Shown here one piece after another: positions 39,269-48,804 of a stretch of 64,000 nt of DNA. Made by a program: the position numbers and the translations under genes. The notes below the pieces were generated by a model. The model was not told where the DNA came from and made no database searches. It worked only from the letters and a program-made list of their open reading frames with translations. This DNA is from an uncultured Bacteriovoracaceae bacterium. Lineage in GTDB: Bacteria; Bdellovibrionota; Bacteriovoracia; Bacteriovoracales; Bacteriovoracaceae. Numbering within the stretch: position 1 is the first letter of the stretch; every line of letters starts with the position of its first letter. The DNA lies in the NCBI GenBank assembly GCA_964012805.1, contig CAXGUD010000010.1:32001-96000 (forward strand). The letters are read 5' to 3'.

Positions 39269-41910
39269 CTCTTCTTTTTTCTTCTTTTAAAATGAGGCTT
39301 CCTTTTTCCACTTTTCCTTGAAAAGCTGGTTTCTTTTTTATTTTCAGAGGAGCCTCGAAAGCTTCGACTACCTCTAGGACGAAAACGGACTCGATTTTTA
39401 TAACATTCTTCACAAATGGCAAATTTTGTATCTTGCTCCAATTGTTTTCCACAACTTGAGCAAGCTGGAACAATCTTTTCAGACAATAAGCTGTTAAGTT
39501 TAAATATTGCAGCTCCCTTATTTTCTAATAAGAGGTATTCATCAAACTCAAAGTTTTTGTTATTAAAATGCCTTGCTAACCATTGAAATAATTCAATACA
39601 TTTTATAGAAGTTTCCAGGTAGTCTATATCATTAGACTTTTCATTAATCTCTTCAAAATAAATAGTTTCTGCTCTGGCGAACTTATTTACAATCCATAAA
39701 AAGAACTGAACATGCTCCATTAAACCAAAGTTTACAGGAGCACAACTAAATCCAAATATTTCTGTATTAGTTAAAATTCCTAAATGATCAGCTTCCTCAA
39801 CCATCTCTGATAATTCTATCATTTCTTTTAAGTCAACACAGTAAAAAGGTTTTTTAAAGACCATTGTGTTGAATAATCTTAAGAACTCCGAAAGCTTGAG
39901 GCTTGGCAGACCATGACTAGCGAGTGCATTATTCACTTGAGAAAAAATATCTAAATCAGGGCCGACCATACATTTATCTTTTTGACCCAATTTAGCCTCT
40001 AATGCCTCACTTATACTCTCTAGACCATTATCAACCCTTGAGAGGCAGTTCACATATCCTGTCGGATATCTATTAAACCTTCCCGCACGACCTGAAATCT
40101 GCTTAATCTCGCTTTTAGAAATAGGGAATTCTTTAGCGTTTATATACTTTGTTAAAGTAGAGAATACGATCCTTTTTATAGGGAGGTTCATGCCCATTGC
40201 GATAGCATCAGTACTTACAATGATATCTGTTTCTCCACTATCGAACTTCCTTGCTTGCTCTCTTCTAACCTCTGGACTTAGTCTTCCATAAACAATAGAA
40301 ACCTTAAAGCCACATTTTTCTAGCTCATACTTGTACTTCAAAGCATTTCTTCTAGAGAAAACAATGAGGGCATCGCCCTTTTCTAAATCACTTACCCGTA
40401 TAGGCTTTCTCTGAGGCATAAGAGTCGTCATCCTCTCATAATTTCTGACCTCCAAGGTATCCCCACAAAGGTCAACAATCTTTTGGACAAGCTTTAAAGC
40501 TGATTTATCTCCACAAACATGGATTTCTTCTGAGTTTAAGTTAACAAGGGCCCTTGTCCAAGCCCAACCTCTTTGCGAATCAGAAATCATTTGAATTTCA
40601 TCAACAACACAAGCATCAAAACTGCGACCAAATTGGGCCATTTCAATAGTAGAAGAAAAATGCGTTGAATCTTTTACATTAATTACCTCTTCCCCAGTTA
40701 ATAAGGAAGTTGTAACATCTTTTCCGTTCATAGTGTCGTACAGCTCAGCTGCTAACAACCTAAGCGGTGCGAGGTAGCTACCTGTCGAAGCTTCGCAAAG
40801 GGATTCAACAGCATGGTATGTTTTGCCCGAATTAGTTGGTCCACCATGATAAATAACTTTTCTATTTAGCCTTCTAGCAGGTGAGTGAATCCAGAATTCT
40901 CCTAGATAATCTCTCAAAATATTTGCAGATATATCTTGTCTTTTTAAAATCAAAATAGACTTAACTAGTTTATTGAATTCTCTGCCTAAATAGCGTTCTC
41001 CACGCCATAAATTGCTCGAGACTTGTTTGAAGAATCTGTCATATTCCTCTTCCTCAATAAGATCGTATTTAATTTTTTTTTCTTCAAGTATACTGTTAAA
41101 ATATAGCTTAACCTGTTTGGAATAATCCAAAGCAATATCAGAAGGATAATTAAACTTTTCTTTTAGAATCGACTTAAGCTGATTTTCTAGCCTATTATAA
41201 GAGCTTCTTTTTAGTTTATTTCTAGTGACCTTCAATTTATTTTCTATTTCAATTTGAAGATCGCCAAAAAGCTCACTTACGACTGGTATTCCTCGAGTAA
41301 GATTTTCTTCTATTTTTTTATAACTTTTTTCAATTTGAATAATTGATTCATCAAAAGCATAGTCCCTCATTTTTGACCTAAAGGAACCTTTACAAGCTGG
41401 ACAGGAACAAGGTAGTTCTTGCTCTTTCATTTCAAACTCAAAATCTTCACTAATTTTTTTTTGAGTTATTTGATGATCCCTGGCTTTCTTTTTCATCCAA
41501 TCGGAAAAATATTCAAATCCGCTCTCTAGATTTTGTTGATCATTATCTGCTGGTTCACCTAAGTAAAGCTTTTCCTTTTCTGGAAAAAGAAAGCTTTCAA
41601 TAAAGCAAACATCTAAAATATAATCCTTTTCAGTAAATTTTTGAAATGAACAAAATTCTTTTTCAAAGAAGTAAAGAAGTGAAGGATTATCTTCAAAGAA
41701 TTTATGAAGCTGAAGCTGGAGTTTTTGAAGCCAGGATAAAATTAGGTCAGCAACCTCAACGGGTCTAATTTCTTCGGAGTTCTCTAAATTATATTTTTTC
41801 TTATAGGCCTCTCTCTCTTCAGAAAGAAACCTCTTTAATGTTTCAAAGTCAGGTAGTTCTATATCATTTGGTTTAGAAGTCATAAAAATCTTGTGTAGTT
41901 TGTTTGGCAA
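39265..41910 (-). CDS. SUV3-like SF2 RNA helicase
   Basis: GPTNSGKT, APLRLLA, LLTGEE, DEIQM..D.QRGWAWTRAL, GDALIVFSR, TDAIAMGMNL, QISGRAGR. Confidence 0.92.
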   Translation of the reverse strand: MPNKLHKIFMTSKPNDIELPDFETLKRFLSEEREAYKKKYNLENSEEIRPVEVADLILSWLQKLQLQLHKFFEDNPSLLYFFEKEFCSFQKFTEKDYILDVCFIESFLFPEKEKLYLGEPADNDQQNLESGFEYFSDWMKKKARDHQITQKKISEDFEFEMKEQELPCSCPACKGSFRSKMRDYAFDESIIQIEKSYKKIEENLTRGIPVVSELFGDLQIEIENKLKVTRNKLKRSSYNRLENQLKSILKEKFNYPSDIALDYSKQVKLYFNSILEEKKIKYDLIEEEEYDRFFKQVSSNLWRGERYLGREFNKLVKSILILKRQDISANILRDYLGEFWIHSPARRLNRKVIYHGGPTNSGKTYHAVESLCEASTGSYLAPLRLLAAELYDTMNGKDVTTSLLTGEEVINVKDSTHFSSTIEMAQFGRSFDACVVDEIQMISDSQRGWAWTRALVNLNSEEIHVCGDKSALKLVQKIVDLCGDTLEVRNYERMTTLMPQRKPIRVSDLEKGDALIVFSRRNALKYKYELEKCGFKVSIVYGRLSPEVRREQARKFDSGETDIIVSTDAIAMGMNLPIKRIVFSTLTKYINAKEFPISKSEIKQISGRAGRFNRYPTGYVNCLSRVDNGLESISEALEAKLGQKDKCMVGPDLDIFSQVNNALASHGLPSLKLSEFLRLFNTMVFKKPFYCVDLKEMIELSEMVEEADHLGILTNTEIFGFSCAPVNFGLMEHVQFFLWIVNKFARAETIYFEEINEKSNDIDYLETSIKCIELFQWLARHFNNKNFEFDEYLLLENKGAAIFKLNSLLSEKIVPACSSCGKQLEQDTKFAICEECYKNRVRFRPRGSRSFRGSSENKKETSFSRKSGKRKPHFKRRKKKR

Positions 41911-41975
41911 TATATAACCTTATCCAAACTATAATGCCAAACAAACTTTTAAAACGTAATGAAAGTAAATAAATT

Positions 41976-43223
41976 TTATTTTGCCATTTCTATTAAATAC
42001 GACAATCCCAACTTTGCAAAATGAGAAGCATGACTGGCGCTATTTCTTGAAACAGATATTGTGTCGTTTGCCGTATGAATTTTTTTATTCATATCGTTTT
42101 TCCTTGCCTCAAAAGGTATTGAAGCTGGAAAACCCTGAGCTGTCCATGATGCATGATCAGAACAAGCATATCCACAACTATCATACCCCCAAGAAACCTT
42201 AACATATTCATCAATTAAGTTTCCTATAAAGCGATTTTGATCAGCGTTCGTGAAATCATCCATCATAACAATATCTAAATCCGATCCTTTAAAATTTGTC
42301 ATATCAAGCTGCATGACTCCAACAACATTTTGGTTAGTTTCCTTCATTTTATTAGCAATATCCTTAGAACCCAAAAGTCCTACTTCCTCAGCAGCATAGG
42401 CCATGAACTTAATAGTTCTTTTTGGTCTATAACTGCCTTCCACTAAAAGTCTAAGGATTTCAGTGATAGTACCCATTCCGGAAGCATTATCATCGGCTCC
42501 TGGGGCCCTAGCTCGAATTCTTCCCCACCAACCAGCTATACTATCAGCATGCCCTCCAATAACAACAATTTCTTGAGGTTTTTCTGTTCCTTCAATTGTT
42601 AGAATAATAGAGGGCTGCTTCCAAGAGTGATTAAAAAACTCTACCTTTATATCTGATCTTCCTTGAGTAATTTCTTGCCACTTTCCTTTTAACCACTCCT
42701 GAGATTGGTAACCCGTTTCACTCTGATAATATCGGTTGTGAAATGTTGTCAATTTTTCAATAACTTCTAAAATCTTTTTTTCATTAACGAGCTCAAGCAA
42801 GGGTCTAATTCTTTCTTGCTGATTTATTTCAAAATTTTCGAAATTACCCTTCTCAATTAAGGAGTATTCTTCACCTTTATTTAAGAAGTCCTTTCCCTCA
42901 CTATAATTTTCATGTAAAAAATAGCCACCACAACGATTAAAGTTTCTATGCATTATAGATGATAGAGAGGACAGAACACTTTCATCAACCTTAAGTAGAC
43001 TAACACCATCTCGTGATTCTATCTCTTCTATTCCATCTCCTATACTTTTTTGGGAAAGGTCTAAAGAATTCTCATCTATAGTAATCCACTTATAATTTGG
43101 CTTTGAAGCCTCTGAATTCGTTGAGCCAATGACAAAGGATATAAAAAAACTTAAAAGTACAATACAGCCCATAAAAATATTTGAGTTTCTACGGATGTTC
43201 TTTTTTCTTTTTTTAATAGTCAT
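41976..43223 (-). CDS. M28 leucyl aminopeptidase (Vibrio-type, exported)
   Basis: GGHADS, APGADDNASG, YAAEEVGL, QLDMT, CGYACSDHASW, IHT. Confidence 0.92.
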   Translation of the reverse strand: MTIKKRKKNIRRNSNIFMGCIVLLSFFISFVIGSTNSEASKPNYKWITIDENSLDLSQKSIGDGIEEIESRDGVSLLKVDESVLSSLSSIMHRNFNRCGGYFLHENYSEGKDFLNKGEEYSLIEKGNFENFEINQQERIRPLLELVNEKKILEVIEKLTTFHNRYYQSETGYQSQEWLKGKWQEITQGRSDIKVEFFNHSWKQPSIILTIEGTEKPQEIVVIGGHADSIAGWWGRIRARAPGADDNASGMGTITEILRLLVEGSYRPKRTIKFMAYAAEEVGLLGSKDIANKMKETNQNVVGVMQLDMTNFKGSDLDIVMMDDFTNADQNRFIGNLIDEYVKVSWGYDSCGYACSDHASWTAQGFPASIPFEARKNDMNKKIHTANDTISVSRNSASHASHFAKLGLSYLIEMAK

Positions 43224-43380
43224 TGGCCCTCCGATGGCTAATTCTTTTAATACACGAGCATTAGTTTATCAGATGATTTTCATTATGATGCTCTATGAAA
43301 TCTCAAATAATCTTACTCCTCTTTTCAAAAGAAGCGAATGCCTTAATCAATAAAGATCTCAGAGGCTAATAAGGAAGAAT

Positions 43381-45417
43381 TTACCTCTTCAAACCACCTC
43401 TCTTTAACAAAGCATCAGGGGTAGGCTCTTTTCCTCTAAACCTTTTATACAAAACCATTGGGTGCTCTGCTCCTCCCATAGATAAGATATTTTCCTGGAA
43501 AGACTTTGCTACCTCTCTATCAAAAATCCCCTTTTCCTTAAAAAGCTCAAATGCATCCGCATCAAGGATTTCTGCCCATTTGTAACTATAATAACCAGCC
43601 GAATATCCCCCATTAAAGATATGGGAAAAAGCGCAACTTATATTTGTACCTTCGACATGGGGTAAGAGTAATGTGTCCTTCAACACGCCTCTTTCAAATT
43701 CACCAACATCCTTAACAGATTCTGGATCTTGGTTATGCCAAGCCATATCTAACATTGCAAAAGAGACTTGCCGTAATGTATTTCTTCCTTCATGGAAATT
43801 CGAACTTTCTTTAATTTTTTGAACGACTTCAAAAGGAATTTTTTCTCCTGTTTCAAAATGGGAAGCAAATAGGTCTAAACACTCTTTTTCAAAAGCCCAG
43901 TTTTCAAATATTTGAGATGGTAACTCTACAAAATCCCAATATACATTTGTCCCTGAAAGACTTTCATACTTACCATTTGCTAATATTCCGTGAAGTGAAT
44001 GACCAAACTCGTGAAAAAATGTCAGTACTTCACCAAAGGTCAACAAAGATGGTTTTGTCTCCGTCGGTTTCGTAAAATTACAAACGATGGCTACATGAGG
44101 ACGGTGATCAGCGTTTCCCTCTTTATACTGACCTTTAAAATTAGTCATCCAAGCTCCACCTCTTTTACCCTGTCTTGGAAAAAAATCAGCGTAGAACAAG
44201 CCTAAAAACTCACCAGATTCTTTTTTTACTTCATAAACTTTAACATCAGGATGATAAGTTGGAAGGTTTGTTAAAGGTTTATATGACAAGCCATACAGCT
44301 TTTTAACAACTTCAAAAACACCATCAATTACTTTTTCAAGAGAAAAATAAGGTTTAAGAACTTCGTCATCAATATCGAATTTTTCTTTTCTTAACTTTTC
44401 TTGATAGAATGCATAGTCCCAAGCCTGAAGCTCTTCCGGCCCTTTTAACTTTTTAGAAAACGCCATTAACTCTTCCATTTCTGAGTTTCCAACAGGCTTT
44501 GCACTTTCTAAAAGAGTCTTAATTAACTCCCTTACACTTTCTGGTTTTTTTGCCATTCTTTCTTCTAATATGAACTCGGCATGGGTCTTATAGCCCAATA
44601 GGTTGGCTCTTTTATGCCTCAACACAGCTAACTCTTTTACAATTTTCCTATTATCATTTTTCCCATCTTTAAAACAGCGAGACATAAAAACTTTATACAA
44701 TTGTTCCCTTAAATCTCTTCTTTCTGAGTGAGTCATAAAAGGAATATAGCTAGGGTAATCAAGAGTAAAAAGGTAGCTTCCTTCCTCTAAACCTTTCTCC
44801 TTCGCAGCGAGAGATGCCGCCTCTAAAAGAAACTCTGGCAGTCCAACAATATCCTCAGACTTCCTAAGGACTAATTCAAAACTATTGGTCTCATCTAAAA
44901 GGTGATCACCGAACTCAATTGAAAGATCTCCCATTCTTCTATCAATTTTTCTTAACTCTTCTTTCTCTTCCTCGCTAAGGTTTGCTCCATTTCTTACGAA
45001 GCTTTTATAATATTTTTCAAGCAACTTTAAATCTTCACCACTAAGTTCTGACGAATCTAAGTTCTTATAAACCTTATTTACTTTTTCAAAAATTCTTTGA
45101 TCAAGGCTTAGGTCATTGTGAAAGCCAATGGAAAGTGCAGAAATTTCCTTTGCAATGTTTTGCATTTCTTCACTAGACTTTACTGAATGCAAATTAAAAA
45201 AGATACCACTAACAAAATCAACTTCAGATTGCACCTTCTCTAAAAACTCAATTGTATTTTTAAAAGTGGGTTCATCTTTAGAAGACTTCATTTCTTCAAT
45301 GGAACTATTTGCTTTATCAATAACCTCTTTCAAAGCAGGGATAAAATTATCAACCTTTATTTTATCAAAAGGAATAGCGCCAAATTGTAAATTATTTTTT
45401 TCTAAAAGAGGATTCAT
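43381..45417 (-). CDS. dcp: M3 peptidase (peptidyl-dipeptidase Dcp / oligopeptidase A)
   Basis: KRGGAW, FHEFGHSLH, DFVELPSQ, FSHIF.GGYSAGYYSYKWAE. Confidence 0.9.
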   Translation of the reverse strand: MNPLLEKNNLQFGAIPFDKIKVDNFIPALKEVIDKANSSIEEMKSSKDEPTFKNTIEFLEKVQSEVDFVSGIFFNLHSVKSSEEMQNIAKEISALSIGFHNDLSLDQRIFEKVNKVYKNLDSSELSGEDLKLLEKYYKSFVRNGANLSEEEKEELRKIDRRMGDLSIEFGDHLLDETNSFELVLRKSEDIVGLPEFLLEAASLAAKEKGLEEGSYLFTLDYPSYIPFMTHSERRDLREQLYKVFMSRCFKDGKNDNRKIVKELAVLRHKRANLLGYKTHAEFILEERMAKKPESVRELIKTLLESAKPVGNSEMEELMAFSKKLKGPEELQAWDYAFYQEKLRKEKFDIDDEVLKPYFSLEKVIDGVFEVVKKLYGLSYKPLTNLPTYHPDVKVYEVKKESGEFLGLFYADFFPRQGKRGGAWMTNFKGQYKEGNADHRPHVAIVCNFTKPTETKPSLLTFGEVLTFFHEFGHSLHGILANGKYESLSGTNVYWDFVELPSQIFENWAFEKECLDLFASHFETGEKIPFEVVQKIKESSNFHEGRNTLRQVSFAMLDMAWHNQDPESVKDVGEFERGVLKDTLLLPHVEGTNISCAFSHIFNGGYSAGYYSYKWAEILDADAFELFKEKGIFDREVAKSFQENILSMGGAEHPMVLYKRFRGKEPTPDALLKRGGLKR

Positions 45418-45501
45418 ATTAGTCTCTCCAAAAGCGATTATTAAATTTTGTTGAATCTTTTAACACAGTAAAAAAAGGGAGGAAAGGCTGAAAAAATCTA
45501 A

Positions 45502-46041
45502 TTACGAAGGAAGATGTTTATCACCCATTTGGTTTTCAACAAAGTCTTGAGCATTATTAAAGTCGCATAGATTTAAACTAGTCTCAAAGACAGCTTTATG
45601 ATTCATATTTTCGACGCCCTTCTCATCGCAACATGACACAAGTTTTTTCATAAAATCAAAAAACTTTGTATTAGTTTCAGAGCTCATTAAGTGCTCCATC
45701 AGACAACTATCTTTTTCAGCGACTTCTTCGCTCACACCTACGAAATCCTTGAGAAAGTAATAAAGAAGGGTTCGAGATGATAATATTTTATGAACTTCCT
45801 TATGGCCCAATTCAGTTAGGTTTAGAAACTTACAGTCTTCTTCTTCTAAAACAAGGTTCCTTTTCTTCAAGTTATTTAAGGCAGTTGAGACACTTCCTTT
45901 CGTGAGCCCCAAATCTTTTGCAATGTCGGTGACTCTAGCAAAGCCACGACCTTCTTTAAGTTTGTGTATTGTAAGGAGGTAATGAACCATTGAATGGGAA
46001 AGCTCTGAGTCTTTATGCATCTGTATTTTATTCCTTTTCAC
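45502..46041 (-). CDS. DtxR/MntR-family metal-dependent regulator
   Basis: ARVTDIAKDLGLTKGSVS HTH, LTELG, CLMEH. True start may be ATG 46020. Confidence 0.88.
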   Translation of the reverse strand: MKRNKIQMHKDSELSHSMVHYLLTIHKLKEGRGFARVTDIAKDLGLTKGSVSTALNNLKKRNLVLEEEDCKFLNLTELGHKEVHKILSSRTLLYYFLKDFVGVSEEVAEKDSCLMEHLMSSETNTKFFDFMKKLVSCCDEKGVENMNHKAVFETSLNLCDFNNAQDFVENQMGDKHLPS

Positions 46042-46217
46042 GATTTACCCTTACTAATCAGCATGAAACACTGATGTCAAACTAAAAAGGTTCCTATTTC
46101 ATGGCCACTTAAACCTAAAAAACAAAGCTTAATAATAAACTTTATTTATTTGGGGTTATTTTCCCCATCGGAGCCTATAATTAACCATGTTAAAATAGCC
46201 TATATCAGAGGCTAAAC

Positions 46218-47795
46218 ATGCAAAAGTTTTTTTTTAAAATAATTATTATTTACTCTTGGATATTCCTCCTTTGCTCTCCACCTTCTGTCTTCTCACAGGC
46301 CGTACAAGATACTGATGATGACTCCGCTAAAAGCATGAATATCACAGATCAAGAATATGACATGTCCAAACAATACGTACATCAAGGAATTAATGAAAAA
46401 ATAAAATTAGAAGAATGTGAGGGAATTGAAGCCGAATGCGGTGGAAAAGCCGCTGACTCAAACTTTCTAGGAATGAAGGCATCTATGGTAGAAAGTATCG
46501 CGAAAGCCTACACAATGATCATGGGGTCTATGCAAGCCCCTATGGACTTAAGAGAGTCAGTATCGGCTAAGCTTAAAGAGAAAAACCCTAGTCATCCTGG
46601 TACTAAGCAAGATTACTGCAGATTTATTGCCATGGGAACTGAGGCTATTGCAGCTGCTCAGCAAGCGATGAGCCAAGAAGACATCAAAATGAAGCAATAC
46701 GATACATCTGGGAATGTTCAAAAAAACTCTCTTTATCAAGTTGCCGAAAGTCATAAAAAAAGAGCTGACATGGCCAAAATTCAAGCAGGTGGAATGGCGG
46801 CAACAACAGCCTGCTATGCTGCAATGATTTATCCTGGAGGCGTTAAGTTTAGTTCGGTCATGCTAAAGCTTCCAGCTGCTGGCTTACTAACTGCATTTTA
46901 CACTTCACAAGCCGCAGAACATGAGAAGTTTGCAGAAAAAACAAAAGAGATTGCTGATAAATTACCGGGAGCTGGGGAATGCAACCCGGTTACTGAAAGG
47001 GCTTGTTTTTGCTCAGAAGAAACATCCTCTTTTAAGGACCCTATTAATTATAAGAAATACTGTATCCCAAGTGTTCTCCACAATAACCCCCTTCCTCAGA
47101 ACGCTATGAGAGTCAGTTGTCTTAACTCTCAATTAAAAGCAGACCCACAATGTAGCTGCATGCAAAGTAATTCATGCTACGACCGAACACATATGGCCCA
47201 ACTAAGTAGTTTAGGACTAAGCGCTACTACAGATAAGAGCTACACACCTTTTGCTAGTATGACGCGAGGCTCTCTCCTCAGTGGTAACCTCGCTGCAGGA
47301 TCCGGAGGTCACTATGCCTTAGCAGCAAGGTCAATGAAAGCCGTTGCCTTAAAGCACCCCTTGAGAGGAAGCTTAACAAGTAAACAAAAAGTAGAAGCAA
47401 GGGCACTAACAAACCTTGGAATCCCTGGAGCATTAGCTGGCAGGTTTTCCAAATCTCCAATGTCTTCTCAAGCAAAAAGTCATCAAGGTAGGTTTAGAAA
47501 GATGATGTCTTCATCAAAAGGACCATCCTCCTTTAAAGCGGCCAGAAATACCCAGGATAATGTTTTAACATTTCAGGGGGGAAAAGGGATCACTCAAAAG
47601 AAAACTCGAAAAATAGCAGGACAAAAGCCTTCAAAAACAGGAGGTTCCAAAGGTAGTTATTCTCAACAAGTCCTAAACTTTGCAAAAGCTGCTCAGCAAA
47701 CAGCTCAAATTTCAGAGGATAAGGACAGGCATATTTTTAAAATTATCTCGAGAAGATATCAAATTTCTGGAAAAAGAAGGTTACAAATTAAATAG
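46218..47795 (+). CDS. Exported Cys-rich hypothetical protein
   Basis: Signal peptide, Ala/Gly-rich hydrophobic helices, Cys cluster, basic C-terminus. Confidence 0.75.
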   Translation: MQKFFFKIIIIYSWIFLLCSPPSVFSQAVQDTDDDSAKSMNITDQEYDMSKQYVHQGINEKIKLEECEGIEAECGGKAADSNFLGMKASMVESIAKAYTMIMGSMQAPMDLRESVSAKLKEKNPSHPGTKQDYCRFIAMGTEAIAAAQQAMSQEDIKMKQYDTSGNVQKNSLYQVAESHKKRADMAKIQAGGMAATTACYAAMIYPGGVKFSSVMLKLPAAGLLTAFYTSQAAEHEKFAEKTKEIADKLPGAGECNPVTERACFCSEETSSFKDPINYKKYCIPSVLHNNPLPQNAMRVSCLNSQLKADPQCSCMQSNSCYDRTHMAQLSSLGLSATTDKSYTPFASMTRGSLLSGNLAAGSGGHYALAARSMKAVALKHPLRGSLTSKQKVEARALTNLGIPGALAGRFSKSPMSSQAKSHQGRFRKMMSSSKGPSSFKAARNTQDNVLTFQGGKGITQKKTRKIAGQKPSKTGGSKGSYSQQVLNFAKAAQQTAQISEDKDRHIFKIISRRYQISGKRRLQIK

Positions 47796-47837
47796 CCTTC
47801 AAAAATTGATCAAATCTTTGATTGATAAAAACAAGGA

Positions 47838-48269
47838 ATGATTTTTATGAGTCAACTAGAGGAATTAAAAAAAGAAGATTGCTATTTTCCACTTCCCATT
47901 ATTCTTTACGACAATGAATGCGGTTTGTGTGTCCGTTTTATGAAAGCGTTTAAAAGAATTCCAGATACTGATGACTATTCTTTTATACCTATTCAAAATG
48001 AAGAGATTTTTTCAACTTTTCCACAACTAAATAAAGAAGAGTGCTTCGAAACGCTTCATTTGATTGATCATCATGGAAAAATCCTAAAAGCGGGGGAAGC
48101 CACTTCATTCCTCGTAAAAAAGTTCCCATTGGTCGAAAAGTTTCAATGGCTAATAGAAAAAGACATGGGAAAGAAAACTGTCTCAATTTTTTATGAGGTT
48201 GTTAATAAGTATAGGCGAGCAATTAAGAAAACTTGCCCCAAGTGTGGAAAGCCAAGGGTTTCCCCTTAA
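47838..48269 (+). CDS. DCC1-like (DUF393) thiol-disulfide oxidoreductase
   Basis: ILYDNECGLC (DxxCxxC), F.PIQ, LHLID..G. Confidence 0.85.
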   Translation: MIFMSQLEELKKEDCYFPLPIILYDNECGLCVRFMKAFKRIPDTDDYSFIPIQNEEIFSTFPQLNKEECFETLHLIDHHGKILKAGEATSFLVKKFPLVEKFQWLIEKDMGKKTVSIFYEVVNKYRRAIKKTCPKCGKPRVSP

Positions 48270-48733
48270 AGTTCTATTGAGGGGTCTGCTCCTATATTTG
48301 AAAACATAGCAACTCTTTCTGAGTGCCTTCCTCCTTCAAAAGGCTCTGCTAACCAAGCTGATATTATCTCCTTACATAGATCTGAGGAAGTAATTCTGGA
48401 TCCTAGGCAAAGAATATTAGCATCATTATGTTGACGACTAAGTTTTGCTTCCTCAATACTCCTTACAAGAGCTGCTCGAATTCCTTTAAATCTATTGGCA
48501 ACCATATCAACCCCTATGCCTGATCCGCAAACAAGAATCCCCCGCCCTGCTCCTGTTAGGACTCTTTGAACAACCTTTTGACTAAAGAGAGGATAGTTAC
48601 ATCTATCTTCAGAAAAGCAACCTTCATCAAAAATTTGATGACTCTCATCTTGCTTCATAAAGTTTTTTAACTCTTCTTTTAAAATAAAACCCGCGTGGTC
48701 AGAGCCAAAAATGAGTTCCACGGCTTCCTCCAA
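48266..48733 (-). CDS. rpiB: Ribose-5-phosphate isomerase B
   Basis: SDHAG, CGSGIG, HNDANILCLG, FEGGRH..R. Confidence 0.95.
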   Translation of the reverse strand: MEEAVELIFGSDHAGFILKEELKNFMKQDESHQIFDEGCFSEDRCNYPLFSQKVVQRVLTGAGRGILVCGSGIGVDMVANRFKGIRAALVRSIEEAKLSRQHNDANILCLGSRITSSDLCKEIISAWLAEPFEGGRHSERVAMFSNIGADPSIEL

Positions 48734-48747
48734 ATTAGTAGGATTTT

Positions 48748-48789
48748 AAAAAGAGGTGAGAAAAACAAGGTAGTTGTCTTTCTCACCTC
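48748..48789 (-). terminator. Rho-independent terminator after ahcY
   Basis: GAGGTGAGAAA (48753) / TTTCTCACCTC (48789) 11-bp stem followed by a T run on the minus strand. Confidence 0.75.
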
Positions 48790-48804
48790 GAAAAAAAGAT
48801 TTGA

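Noticed and set aside
46057..46075. CATGAAACA as a parS half-site
   Set aside because: Only one half resembles parS and the other half does not match.
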